DNA of 64,000 nucleotides from an uncultured Candidatus Rokubacteria bacterium (GTDB lineage Bacteria; Methylomirabilota; Methylomirabilia; Rokubacteriales; DASRDR01). Position 1 is the first letter of the stretch. Each line of letters starts with the position of its first letter. Positions 28,940 to 38,632 of the stretch are shown piece by piece. A program made the position numbers and the translations under genes. The notes under the pieces are model-generated. The model ran no database searches and was not told where the DNA came from. It saw only the letters and a list, made by a program, of their open reading frames with translations. Location: positions 1-64,000 of the forward strand of contig CAWGVS010000005.1 in NCBI GenBank assembly GCA_963826115.1, written 5' to 3'.

Positions 28940-30103
28940 TTAGCTCTCCATGAGGTGCGACTGGGCGGCCGCGACCCCCGCTCCGAGGGTCACCGGCACG
29001 CCGAAGCTCTTCAGCGTCATCTCCACGCCGGCCAGACCGGCGAGCAGCTCCAGCTCGTTCAGGCTGCCGAGGTGGCCGATCCGGAACACCTTGCCCTTGA
29101 CGTCGCCGAGGCCCACCCCGAGCGAGAGGTCGAGCGTCCGGTTCGCGTGGACGATGTAGGCGTCCGAGTCGACGCCGGCCGGCATGACCACGGCGGTCAG
29201 CGTGTTCGAGTGCTCGCGCGGCTCGCGACAGAGGATGCCGAGCCCCAGCGCCCGGACCGCGCGGCGGCACGCCTCGGCCAGGCGGGCGTGGCGCGCGAAG
29301 ACCTGCGGGAGCCCTTCCTCCTGCAGGATCGCGATCGACTCGCGGAGGCCGAAGAGGAGCGCGGTCGCCGGCGTGTAGGGGAACTCGCCCCGCTTGTTCC
29401 GCTCGAGGACCGGCCCCCAGTCCCAGTAGGCGCGCGGGCACTTCGCCGCCTGGCTCGCGCGGACGGCGCGCTCGCTCGCGGCCAGGATCGTGAGGCCGGG
29501 CGGGAGCATGAGCCCCTTCTGCGGGCCCGTCAGCGCGACGTCCACGCCCCACTCGTCGAGCCGGAAGTCGATCGACGCGAGCGACGAGACGACGTCGACC
29601 AGGAGCAGCGCCGGGTGGCGCGCCTCGTCGAGGACGCGGCGCACGGCCTGGACATCGCTGGTCACGCCCGTCGACGTCTCGTTGTGGACGACCAGGACCG
29701 CGCGGATCTGGTGCGTCGCGTCGGCGCGGAGCCGCTCCGCCACCCGCCCCGCGGGCACGCCCTCGCCGTACGGCACCTCGAGCCGGTCCACCTCGACGCC
29801 GAGGGCGGCGGCGGTGCGGCAGAAGTGGTTCGAGAAGTGGCCGTTCACGACGCCGAGGACGCGGTCGCCCGGCGACAGCGTGTTGACCACGGCCGCTTCC
29901 CAGCCGCCGGTGCCCGAGCCCGGATACACGATCGCCTGACCGCGCTCCGTCTGGAACACGGTCTTGAGCCCGGCGAGGATCTCGCCGACCAGCGCCGCGA
30001 ACTTCGGGCCGCGGTGGTCGATGATCGACTGCGACATCGCGCGGACGATCCGCTCGGGGACGAGGGTGGGGCCGGGGATCTGCAGGAACGGCCGACCGGA
30101 CAT
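28940..30103 (-). CDS. Class V PLP aminotransferase (serine/alanine-glyoxylate aminotransferase-like)
   Basis: QIPGPT, DHRGPKF, SGTGGWEA, HNETSTGV, DVVSS, GPQKGLMLPPGL, FRIGHLG. Confidence 0.92.
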   Translation of the reverse strand: MSGRPFLQIPGPTLVPERIVRAMSQSIIDHRGPKFAALVGEILAGLKTVFQTERGQAIVYPGSGTGGWEAAVVNTLSPGDRVLGVVNGHFSNHFCRTAAALGVEVDRLEVPYGEGVPAGRVAERLRADATHQIRAVLVVHNETSTGVTSDVQAVRRVLDEARHPALLLVDVVSSLASIDFRLDEWGVDVALTGPQKGLMLPPGLTILAASERAVRASQAAKCPRAYWDWGPVLERNKRGEFPYTPATALLFGLRESIAILQEEGLPQVFARHARLAEACRRAVRALGLGILCREPREHSNTLTAVVMPAGVDSDAYIVHANRTLDLSLGVGLGDVKGKVFRIGHLGSLNELELLAGLAGVEMTLKSFGVPVTLGAGVAAAQSHLMES

Positions 30104-30181
30104 GACGGCTCCTTCCGCCGGGGAGGGCTCGCGCGCCAGGGGGCCAGGCGCGCGGACGCCTCATCCTAGCACGCGCTCAGG

Positions 30182-31160
30182 CTACTGGATGACCTCGTCC
30201 GCCCGCGCCAGGACCGGCGGCGGGATCGTCAAGCCGAGCGCCCTCGCGGTCCGGAGATTGATCACCAGCTCGAACCTCGTCGGCTGCTCCACCGGCAGGT
30301 CGGCGGGCCTGGCGCCCTTCAGGATCCGGTCCACGAACGACGCGCCGCGCCGGTACATCTGAGGCAGGTTGACCCCGTAGCCCATCAGACCGCCGGCCCT
30401 CACCATCTCCGTGGCGCCGTACATCGTGGGCAGGCGGGTCTTGGCCGCGAGGGCGATGATCTGCGGGCCGCGGGCGATGAACATTCCATCCTGGAACACC
30501 GATGAGGGCTTGCACGCGCCGTCGGCCGAGCGTGGCGAAGGCCTCCTCGATCTCCTCGGGCTTGCCGACCGCCACGGGGTGGAGCTCGATCGCCGAGCGC
30601 GTGGGCGGTGGCCTCGATGGACTTGAGGGACGGCCCGTGGATCGGGTTGCCCGGGTTCCAGAGGACGCCGACGCGCGTCGCGTCCGGGACGGCCTCCTTG
30701 AGGAGATCGAGGTACTTCACCCGGAGCTCGAGCCCCTGGTGGGTCCAGCCTGTGACGTTGCCTCCCGGGCGCGCAAGGCTCGCGACGAGCCCGCTCGAGA
30801 CCGGATCGGCGACGCGGCCGATGACGATGGGGATCGTGGCGGTGGCGCGCTTGGCTGCCAGTGCCGCCGGCGTGCTCGACGCGAAGATCACGTCGACCGG
30901 GAGCCGGGCGAGCTCGGCCGCCAGCTCGGGAAGCCGCTCGTACTTGCCATCAGCGGCGCGGATCTCGAGGACGAGGTTCCGGCCCTCGATCCAGCCGAGG
31001 TCGCGGAGCCCGTCCCGGAAGGCCTCGTCGAACGGCGCGTCCGCGGTCGAGCCGGACTCCAGGTACCCGACCCGCGCCACCCGCGCCGGCGACTGGGCGC
31101 TCGCGTCGGGGGAGCGGCGAGGAGCGCGAGGAACGCTGTCGCCAGGAGAGCGAGCCTCAC
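30182..31160 (-). CDS. ABC transporter substrate-binding protein (ABC_sub_bind), with about 3 frameshifts
   Basis: Signal peptide, RVGYL, LGWIEGRNL, TIPIV...DPV..GLVASLARPGGNVTG, GGLMGYG, VDRILKGARPADLPVEQPTRFELVIN. Confidence 0.88.
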
Positions 31161-32083
31161 GCCGATGTGGCCCCGCCGGCGTGGGGCTTGAGCGCCGCGT
31201 AGATCGCGAAGTTCGCCGGGGTGGGCACGCCGCGCTCCTGGCCGAGGCGCACCACCGTCCCGTTGAGCGTCTCGATCTCGAGGCGTCGGCCGGCGGCGAG
31301 ATCGTAGTAGAGGGAGCCGCGGATCGCGGGGTCGGAGCCCTCGAAGAACTTCATCATCTTGCCGGCGTGGTCGCTCGGGACCGGCACGCCCGTCGCCTGG
31401 CCGACCGCCTGGGTCTCCTCCATGGCCTGCCGGAAGAGCGTCCGGGTCTCGGGGCAGGCGAGGACGGCGCCGAGCGGCAGCCGCGTCAGCGCGGTGAGGC
31501 CGCTCAGCCCGCAGATCAGGACGAACTTCTCCCAGAGGCCGACCCGGATGTCGAGGCGCACCTGCGCCTTGAGGCCGGCCTTCCGGAGGGCCTCCGCGAC
31601 GCGCTCGGTGCGCGTGGACGCCCGGCCGTCGAGCTCGCCGAGCTGGATCAGGTCGGGGCCGGCGCGGTGCTCGATGACGCCCGGGGCCGCCACCACCGAC
31701 GACACGCCGGCGAGGCCGCCGATCACGTGGGCGTCGCCCACGATGCGCCCGATCCGCTCGGCGCTGTCGATGCCGTTCTGCACGGGCAGGATCACCGTGT
31801 CGGGGCCGACCGCCGGCCGGAGCCGCTCGGCCGCGCTCTCGGTGTCGTAGGCCTTCACGCAGAAGAGGACCAGGTCCGCCGGGCCCGACTCCGCGGGGTC
31901 GTCGGTGGCCCGGGCCGTCACGCTGAAGTCGCCGGCGAGGCGCGACCGGACGGTGAGCCCGCTCTTCCGCATCGCCTCCAGGTGGGCGCCGCGCGCGACG
32001 AACGTGACGTCCTCGCCCGCGCGGGCCAGGAGCCCGCCGAAGTACCCACCGGTTCCGCCGCTTCCCATCACGGTCACTCGCAT
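31157..32083 (-). CDS. panE: 2-dehydropantoate 2-reductase
   Basis: GSGGTGGYFG, FCVKAYD, QNGID, WEKF, SLYYDL..GRRLEIETLNG. Confidence 0.9.
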   Translation of the reverse strand: MRVTVMGSGGTGGYFGGLLARAGEDVTFVARGAHLEAMRKSGLTVRSRLAGDFSVTARATDDPAESGPADLVLFCVKAYDTESAAERLRPAVGPDTVILPVQNGIDSAERIGRIVGDAHVIGGLAGVSSVVAAPGVIEHRAGPDLIQLGELDGRASTRTERVAEALRKAGLKAQVRLDIRVGLWEKFVLICGLSGLTALTRLPLGAVLACPETRTLFRQAMEETQAVGQATGVPVPSDHAGKMMKFFEGSDPAIRGSLYYDLAAGRRLEIETLNGTVVRLGQERGVPTPANFAIYAALKPHAGGATSA

Positions 32084-32164
32084 GGTCGTCCCGCCTCCCA
32101 TCCCTTCCGCGATTCTAGCGCGGGTGTCGAGGCCCCGGCGCTCGCGCCACGCGTGGCGCGTCGT

Positions 32165-32193
32165 TTGACAAGCCCCGGCCCCGCTGCTAGCGT
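32165..32193 (+). promoter_or_regulatory. Sigma70-type promoter
   Basis: TTGACA-17 nt-TAGCGT with extended -10 TG, upstream of the HTH gene. Confidence 0.65.
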
Positions 32194-32254
32194 CGATCCG
32201 TCGAGCGCACACACGCTGCCCGGCTAAACGCGAGAATCCTGGAGGTCCCCGGTT

Positions 32255-32767
32255 TTGGCCAAGATCGAGATGGCGATCAAGGACGCGATTGCGCGCGGCG
32301 CGCGCAAGCACATACGGAGCGCGGCGACGCCGCTCCGGCGGGACGTGCGACGGCTCCGGCAGGCGGTGCGCGAGCTGCGCACGCAGGTGGCGGCGCTTCG
32401 CGAAGTGGCGACGCGCTGGACGGAATCCCAGGCCGGCCGCGGATGGCAGCCGGGGGTGTCCGAGGACGAGGCGCGGACCGCGCGGCTGTCCCCGGGCCTC
32501 ATCCGGAAGCTCCGCGTGCGCCTGGCCCTCAGCCAGGCGGCGGTCGCGCGCCTGGTGGGCGTGAGCCCCGCCGCCGTCGTGCAGTGGGAGCAGGGGCGCG
32601 CCACCCCCGCGGGCAAGAATCGCGCGGCGCTGGTCGGGCTCCGCCGGCTCGGGCGCCGCCAGGCGAAGCGGCTGCTCGCGTCGGCGACCCCCGGGCGTCC
32701 GGCGCGGCGCCGGCCGGCCGCCTCGCGCGGCCGTCGCGCCCGCCCGCGCCGTCCGCGCCGACGCTAG
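32255..32767 (+). CDS. Coiled-coil plus XRE/Cro-type HTH DNA-binding protein
   Basis: IRKLRVRLALSQAAVARLVGVSPAAVVQWEQGRATP; TTG start after GGAGG. Confidence 0.85.
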   Translation: MAKIEMAIKDAIARGARKHIRSAATPLRRDVRRLRQAVRELRTQVAALREVATRWTESQAGRGWQPGVSEDEARTARLSPGLIRKLRVRLALSQAAVARLVGVSPAAVVQWEQGRATPAGKNRAALVGLRRLGRRQAKRLLASATPGRPARRRPAASRGRRARPRRPRRR

Positions 32768-32792
32768 CCGACACCACCGAGGAGGCGTTCCG

Positions 32793-33761
32793 ATGCGAGC
32801 GATCCGTGTCCACGAGTTCGGCGGTCCGGAGGCCATGCGGCTCGACGAGCTGCCCGCGCCCAAGCCCGGCGAGGGGCAGGCCCTCGTCCGGATCGAGGCG
32901 GCCGGCGTCAACTTCATCGACGTCTACCAGCGGACCGGCCTCTACAAGAACGCGCTGCCCTATTCCCTCGGGCTCGAGGGCGCGGGCGTCGTCGAGGCGG
33001 TGGGCGGCGGCGTGACGACGGTCCACGTCGGCGACCGCGTCGCCTGGACCGGCATTCCGGGATCGTACGCGACCCACAACGTGGTGCCGGCCGACAAGCT
33101 CGTCGCGCTGCCCGCGGGCGTCGACGCGCGCGCCGGGGCGTCGGCCATGCTCCAGGGCATGACGGCGCACTACCTCGCCCACTCGACGTACCCGCTCAAG
33201 CGCGGCGACACCTGCCTGGTCCACGCGGCCGCCGGGGGCGTCGGGCTCCTCCTCTGTCAGATGGCGAAGCACGCCGGGGCGCGGGTCATCGGCACCGTCT
33301 CCACCGAGGAGAAGGCGAAGCTCGCGCGGGAGGCGGGCGCCGACGAGATCATCTTCTACACGCGCCAGGATCTCGAGGCGGAGGTGAAGCGGCTGACCGG
33401 CGGCAAGGGCCTCCAGGTCATCTACGACTCCGTCGGCAAGGACACGTTCGAGAAGGGCTTCAACTGCCTCGCGCAGCGGGGGTACATGGTGCTGTACGGC
33501 GCCTCGAGCGGGCCGGTCGCGCCGCTCGACCCGCAGATCCTGAACGCCAAGGGCTCGCTCTTCCTCACGCGGCCGAGCCTGTTCCACTACACCGCGACGC
33601 GGGACGATCTCGTGAAGCGGGCGGGCGAGGTCCTCGGCTGGATCCAGAAGGGTCAGTTGAAGCTGCGCATCGGCGCGACCTTCCCGCTCGCCGAGGCGGC
33701 GCAGGCGCACCGGGACCTCGAGGGCCGGCGGACGACGGGCAAGGTCCTCCTGATCCCCTGA
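32793..33761 (+). CDS. qor: NADPH:quinone oxidoreductase (zeta-crystallin family)
   Basis: GVNFIDVYQRTGLY, LQGMTAHYL, HAAAGGVG, YDSVGKDTF, KGSLFLTRPSL, TTGKVLL. Confidence 0.93.
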   Translation: MRAIRVHEFGGPEAMRLDELPAPKPGEGQALVRIEAAGVNFIDVYQRTGLYKNALPYSLGLEGAGVVEAVGGGVTTVHVGDRVAWTGIPGSYATHNVVPADKLVALPAGVDARAGASAMLQGMTAHYLAHSTYPLKRGDTCLVHAAAGGVGLLLCQMAKHAGARVIGTVSTEEKAKLAREAGADEIIFYTRQDLEAEVKRLTGGKGLQVIYDSVGKDTFEKGFNCLAQRGYMVLYGASSGPVAPLDPQILNAKGSLFLTRPSLFHYTATRDDLVKRAGEVLGWIQKGQLKLRIGATFPLAEAAQAHRDLEGRRTTGKVLLIP

Positions 33762-33804
33762 CGCCGTCGCCGGGGAAGGGCGGATCCCGAGGCCGGGTGG
33801 CGTC

Positions 33805-34857
33805 GTGGTGACGCGGGCGGTCGCGGCGGTCGACGACGGCACCGGCCTCCTCCTCCGGGCGACGCTCGCCGCCGACGAGGGGGAGCGCGCCGTCGCGTGG
33901 GCCTGCTGGGCGCGCGATCACGATCTCGACGCGATCGACGCGCTCGGCGGATGGCTCCTGCCGCTCGTCCACCGGCGCGTGCCCCAGGCCGCGCTGGGCT
34001 CGGCCCTCGGCCGCCTCCGCGGGATCCACCGCTACCACTGGACGCGGAACCAGATGCTCGCGTCCCGGCTCGGCGCGGCCTTCCGCGCCCTCGGGCAGGA
34101 CGGCGTCCTGCCGGTCATGGTCAGCGGTCCGGCCCTCGCGATCCGGTGGTACCCCGACGCCGGGGCTCGACCGGTCGAGGTCGCGGACCTGCTGCTCGAC
34201 GTCCCATCGATCCCGCGCGCGGTCGCGCGGCTGCGGGAGCTCGACTGGCTGGACGCCGACCACACCGTGTCGCGCGGGCTCCGCGGTTCGGGGACGCGGG
34301 CGCTCACGACCGAGCCCGGGTGCCGCGTGGTCCTCCATCCCGCGCGGCGGGACGAGCAGGCGCCCGCCGAGGCGCTGGCGGTGGGCGCGACGGAGACGCG
34401 CGCGCTCGACGCGGAGGCGACCCTCGTCGCCGTGTGCGGCGCGGGATGGCGGTTCCGCGAGTGGTCCACGCCCCGATGGATCCCGGACGCGGCGCTCCTG
34501 CTCCAGTCGGCGGGGGCGACGCTCGACTGGGCCCGAGTGGCGACGGAGGCCGCGGCGTGGGGCGCGGCCGCGACCGTGCACGCGCGACTCGCGGAGCTCC
34601 GGGCGGCCGGGCTCGCGCTGGTGCCGGACGCGGCGCTCGACCGGCTCGGGCGCGTCGGGCCGACGGCGCTCGAGCGCGTCGAGACGATGGCCGCGCGCTG
34701 CGTCTCGCGGGCCCGCGCGGAGCAGCTCGGAGTCCGCCGCCGCACGTGGCTCCGCGCCGCCGGATTCGCGTGGGACCGCGCCCTCGCCGCCCTCCGCGGC
34801 GCCGAGCCGGCGCCCCGGCCGGCGCCCCGGGCGCCGACCCCCGCCGCGCGTCAGTGA
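33805..34857 (+). CDS. Nucleotidyltransferase family (NTP_transf_5-like) protein, degenerate
   Basis: LRGIHRYHWTRNQ, VMVSGPALA..YPDAGARPVEVADLLL, RWIPDAALLL, DWARV. Confidence 0.7.
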   Translation: MVTRAVAAVDDGTGLLLRATLAADEGERAVAWACWARDHDLDAIDALGGWLLPLVHRRVPQAALGSALGRLRGIHRYHWTRNQMLASRLGAAFRALGQDGVLPVMVSGPALAIRWYPDAGARPVEVADLLLDVPSIPRAVARLRELDWLDADHTVSRGLRGSGTRALTTEPGCRVVLHPARRDEQAPAEALAVGATETRALDAEATLVAVCGAGWRFREWSTPRWIPDAALLLQSAGATLDWARVATEAAAWGAAATVHARLAELRAAGLALVPDAALDRLGRVGPTALERVETMAARCVSRARAEQLGVRRRTWLRAAGFAWDRALAALRGAEPAPRPAPRAPTPAARQ

Positions 34858-36026
34858 GGGTGGGCGGCGCCGCCGCGCAGGAGCCGCGCCGCGCGGAGGG
34901 GGTAGTGGAGCGGCGCGAGCCAGCGCGGTAGCGGCGTCGCCGTCCAGTCGGCCACCGTCGGCATCATCGCGAAGCGGACGTAGGCGAGCCGGTTCCGCCA
35001 CGTCCCGCGCACGCCCAGGTGGAACCGCGCGGTGTCCCCGATCCCGAGCCGCGCGCTCCCGGCGAGGTCGAGCTGGGTCGAGACGACGCGCGCGAGGCCG
35101 GCGAGCCTCGGGTCACTCGCCACCGCGCGGGGCAGGGGATCGGGGAGATCGGTCGCCAGGAGGTCTCGCGCCAGGAGGCAGCCGAGGAGGAGCTCTCGCC
35201 GGTGACCCGCACGGCCGGCGTCGTCGAGAACGCGGGCCCAGTCGAGCGCCGGACGCTTTGCGATGAGCTCCGCCACGTCGACGATCCAGCCGAGGCGCTC
35301 CCACACGTGCTTCGCGCCGTGGACGCACAGCGCCACGAGGAGCACGTCCACGGGGAGCGTCTCGAAGGTCGTCCCCGCCACCGCCACCGTCTCCAGCCGT
35401 TCGCGCGGCAGCGACCCGCCGAGGCCGGACGACAGCGCCCGCGGCGACACGCTCCAGTGGAGCTCGAGCACGATGCCTTCGGGCCGGCGCGTCAAGGCGT
35501 ACGGATGCGCGGAGCGGACGAGCTGCCGCTCCTGCCACGCCCGGAGCGGCACCTGGGGCACGAATCCCTCCGCGAGGAGCGCCGCCTTCGCGGGAGCGAG
35601 CTGCGCGGGATCGATCAGGAGATCGAGGTCCCCGGCGTGCCGGCTGCCGACGCTGCCGTAGACGAGCGCCGCGAGCACCGGCCCCTTGTACGGGATGACC
35701 CGGATACCGGCGTCCCCCAGACGGTCGACGACGCGCCGGAGCCAGCCGGTGAGGAGGAGGCACCGGCCCGTGTTCTCGTGGGTGAATTGCCGAAGCGCGG
35801 CGAGCGTGTCGGACGGCACGAGCCCGGCGGGCGCGGCGCGGAGCGCCTGGTAGACCAGCGGGGCCACGCCGTGGCGGAGGGCCGCCGCGACGACGGCCGC
35901 CCAGTCGATGGGCCCCGCGAGGCGCTGCTCGAGCCGCGCCCGGCGCTCGGGGCGTCGATGCGCGGTGGCGGCGTCGAGGAGGAGCTCGAGCGGCGCCGCG
36001 GCGCTGCCGGCGGGCACCGGGGTCAC
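34851..36026 (-). CDS. Nucleotidyltransferase family (NTP_transf_5-like) protein
   Basis: HGVAPL, YKGPVLA..YG...RHAGDLDLLI, LELHW, CVHGAKH.W.RLGWIVDVAEL, LDW. Confidence 0.85.
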   Translation of the reverse strand: MTPVPAGSAAAPLELLLDAATAHRRPERRARLEQRLAGPIDWAAVVAAALRHGVAPLVYQALRAAPAGLVPSDTLAALRQFTHENTGRCLLLTGWLRRVVDRLGDAGIRVIPYKGPVLAALVYGSVGSRHAGDLDLLIDPAQLAPAKAALLAEGFVPQVPLRAWQERQLVRSAHPYALTRRPEGIVLELHWSVSPRALSSGLGGSLPRERLETVAVAGTTFETLPVDVLLVALCVHGAKHVWERLGWIVDVAELIAKRPALDWARVLDDAGRAGHRRELLLGCLLARDLLATDLPDPLPRAVASDPRLAGLARVVSTQLDLAGSARLGIGDTARFHLGVRGTWRNRLAYVRFAMMPTVADWTATPLPRWLAPLHYPLRAARLLRGGAAHPH

Positions 36027-36053
36027 GCTTCTGCCCCGCGTGGCCGCGCCGGG

Positions 36054-37040
36054 TCAGCGCGGCTTCAGCACCTGGGGATTGACCACGCACTCGGCCGGCG
36101 GCGGCTCGCCTCGCCAGACCGCGAGGATCGCGTCGATGGCGCGGTTGGCCATGGCCGCTTCCGACGTCTCGTCGATCCCCGCCACGTGCGGGCTCAGCAC
36201 GACGTTGTTGAGGCCGAAGAGCGCGGAGTCGAAGAGCGGCTCCTTCTCGAACACGTCGAGCCCGGCGCCGGCGATGCGGCCGGTGACCAGCGCCTCGTGG
36301 AGCGCCGACTCGTCGACCAGGGCGCCGCGGGCGGTGTTGACGAGGTGCGCCGTGGGCTTCATCAGGGCGAGGCGCTCGCGGTTGATCAGGTGCCGGTTCT
36401 CGGGCGTGGCGGGACAGTGGAGCGTCACCAGGTCGGCGCGCCGAAGGAGCTCCTCCAGCGAGACGAGCTGGATCCCGTGCTCGCGCACGAAGTCGCGGTT
36501 CGGATAGGGCTCGTAGGCGAGGATCGTCATGTCGAACCCGCGGCACCGGCGGGCCACGGCCTGGCCGATCCGGCCGAGGCCGACGATGCCCACGGTGGCG
36601 CGCCAGAGGCCCGGATGGAACTCGGTCTTCCACTTGCCGCCGGTGATCAGGCGATGGTTCTGGAGGAGGCCGCGCTGGAGCGCGAACATGAGCGATACCG
36701 CGTAGTCCGCGACGGCCTCGTGGTTGGCTCCCACCGCGGTGGTGACCACGACGTTGTGGCGCGTGGCCGCGTCGACGTCGATCGCGTCGAAGCCGACGCC
36801 CCAGCGCGCGACGACGCGGAGGTCCGGAGCGCCCCGGAAGATACGCTCGGTGTAGGGCTCGCTGCTCGCCAGGGTCGCGAAGACTCCGGGGAGCGCCTGG
36901 CCGAGCTCCTCCTCCGTCATCTTGCCGTTGCGGCCGATGCGGCGCTCGACCTCGAGACCCGCGGCCTCGAGGCGCTCGAGGTACGGGGCGTTGCGCTGGT
37001 AGGTGTGGGGCACGGTGATCAGGACGCGTCGCGCATTCAT
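36054..37040 (-). CDS. D-isomer specific 2-hydroxyacid (phosphoglycerate-like) dehydrogenase
   Basis: GVGFDAID, GLGRIG, NTARGALVDE, GLDVFEKEP, SPHVAG. Confidence 0.92.
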   Translation of the reverse strand: MNARRVLITVPHTYQRNAPYLERLEAAGLEVERRIGRNGKMTEEELGQALPGVFATLASSEPYTERIFRGAPDLRVVARWGVGFDAIDVDAATRHNVVVTTAVGANHEAVADYAVSLMFALQRGLLQNHRLITGGKWKTEFHPGLWRATVGIVGLGRIGQAVARRCRGFDMTILAYEPYPNRDFVREHGIQLVSLEELLRRADLVTLHCPATPENRHLINRERLALMKPTAHLVNTARGALVDESALHEALVTGRIAGAGLDVFEKEPLFDSALFGLNNVVLSPHVAGIDETSEAAMANRAIDAILAVWRGEPPPAECVVNPQVLKPR

Positions 37041-37048
37041 CGCTCGGG

Positions 37049-37144
37049 GTTATCGCACCCCGGCTCCGTCGCGTCAAGGCCGGCCCGCTGCGCGCACGGG
37101 GCGGACCCGGCGAGTTTGACGGACGCACCGCCCGGGCATAGGCT
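37049..37144. promoter_or_regulatory. Divergent sigma70-type promoters
   Basis: Plus strand TTGACG-17-TAGGCT (37116-37144); minus strand TTGACG-17-GATAAC (37077-37049). Confidence 0.5.
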
Positions 37145-37200
37145 CCTCGAAGAGGCCCGGGAGCGGCGATGGCTCGGGCGAGACGAGAGGAGGCCCGCCG

Positions 37201-38610
37201 ATTCCCACGTCCCAGCCACTCGCGACGGTCCAGTGCCTCGGCGCCTCGAGGACGGTCACCGGGTCCAAGTTCCTGCTCGATTTCGACGGACGGCAGCTTC
37301 TCGTGGACTGCGGGCTCTACCAGGGGCTCAAGAGCCTCCGCCTCCGGAACTGGGACAAGCTGCCGATCGATCCGGCGAAGATCGAGGCCGTCGCCCTCAC
37401 GCACGCCCACATCGACCACACGGGCTATCTGCCGCGGCTCATCAAGGACGGCTTCGGCGGGCCGGTCCACGCGACGCGTGGCACCGCGGACCTCGCGCGG
37501 ATCCTCTTGCCGGACTCCGGCCACCTCCAGGAAGAGGAGGCGGCGTACCACAACAAGCGCGGGACGTCGAAGCACACCCCGGCGCTTCCCCTCTACACGG
37601 CGGAGGAGGGCGCCCGCGCCGCCGCGGCCGTGACGGGTCTCGGCTACGGCGCGCCGACCCGGCTCCTGCCCGGCATCCAGGGCACGTTCCGGCGCGCTGG
37701 CCACATCCTGGGCTCGGCGTCGATCCATGCGGAGCTGTCGAGCGGCGGCGCGCCTCGCCGCGTCGTCTTCTCGGGGGACGTCGGCCGCTACGCCGCCCCG
37801 ATCCTGCTCGACCCGGAGCCCATCGGCGAGGCGGACTACGTCTTCGTCGAGTCGACCTACGGCGACCGGCTCCACGACACCACGCCGGTGCTCGACCAGA
37901 TCGAGCGCGTCGTCCGCGCGGCGGTCGACCGCGGCGCCGCGCTGGTGGTGCCCGCGTTCGCCGTGGGGCGGACCCAGGAGCTCATCTACCACCTGCGCGC
38001 GCTCGAGGACGCGAACCGGATCCCGCGCCTGCCGACCTTCGTCGACAGCCCGATGGCCATCGAGGCGACGGGGCTCTACTGCTCCCACCCCGAGGACCTC
38101 GACCCCGACACCGCCAAGCCGGTCCTCTCCGGGACGTGCCCGCTCCACACCGGCCGGTTCACGCTGAGCCGCTCCGTCGAGGACTCGCGGAAGATCAACG
38201 ACGTGCGAGGGCCCGCGATCATCATCGCCGCCAGCGGCATGGTCACCGGCGGGCGCATCCTCCACCACCTCCGGCGGCGCCTGCCGGACCCGAAGACGAC
38301 GGTCCTCCTGGTCGGCTTCCAGGCGCCGGGGACGCGCGGCCGGCTCATCCAGGACGGCGCCCGCACGATCCGGATCTTCGGCGAGGACGTTCCCGTCAAC
38401 GCGCACGTCGAGGTGATCCACGGCCTCTCCGCGCACTCCGACGCGAACGGGCTGCTCCGCTGGCTCCGCACGGCGACGGGGCGGCCCCGGCGCGTCTTCG
38501 TGGTCCACGGCGAGGCCGGGCCCGCGGAGACCTTCGCCGGCCGGATCCGGACCGAGCTCGGCTGGGACGCGACGGTGCCGGACTACCGGGAGGTGGTCGC
38601 CCTCGACTGA
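37201..38610 (+). CDS. Beta-CASP metallo-beta-lactamase family ribonuclease-like hydrolase
   Basis: LGASRTVTGSKF, DCGLYQG, THAHIDH, AGHILG, FSGD, ESTYG, PAFAVGRTQE, SAHSD, VHGE; the N-terminal motif lies upstream of the annotated GTG; candidate start is ATT 7 nt after AGGAGG. Confidence 0.9.
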   Translation: MPTSQPLATVQCLGASRTVTGSKFLLDFDGRQLLVDCGLYQGLKSLRLRNWDKLPIDPAKIEAVALTHAHIDHTGYLPRLIKDGFGGPVHATRGTADLARILLPDSGHLQEEEAAYHNKRGTSKHTPALPLYTAEEGARAAAAVTGLGYGAPTRLLPGIQGTFRRAGHILGSASIHAELSSGGAPRRVVFSGDVGRYAAPILLDPEPIGEADYVFVESTYGDRLHDTTPVLDQIERVVRAAVDRGAALVVPAFAVGRTQELIYHLRALEDANRIPRLPTFVDSPMAIEATGLYCSHPEDLDPDTAKPVLSGTCPLHTGRFTLSRSVEDSRKINDVRGPAIIIAASGMVTGGRILHHLRRRLPDPKTTVLLVGFQAPGTRGRLIQDGARTIRIFGEDVPVNAHVEVIHGLSAHSDANGLLRWLRTATGRPRRVFVVHGEAGPAETFAGRIRTELGWDATVPDYREVVALD

Positions 38611-38632
38611 TCGCGCCGCGCGGCGCGGCGCG

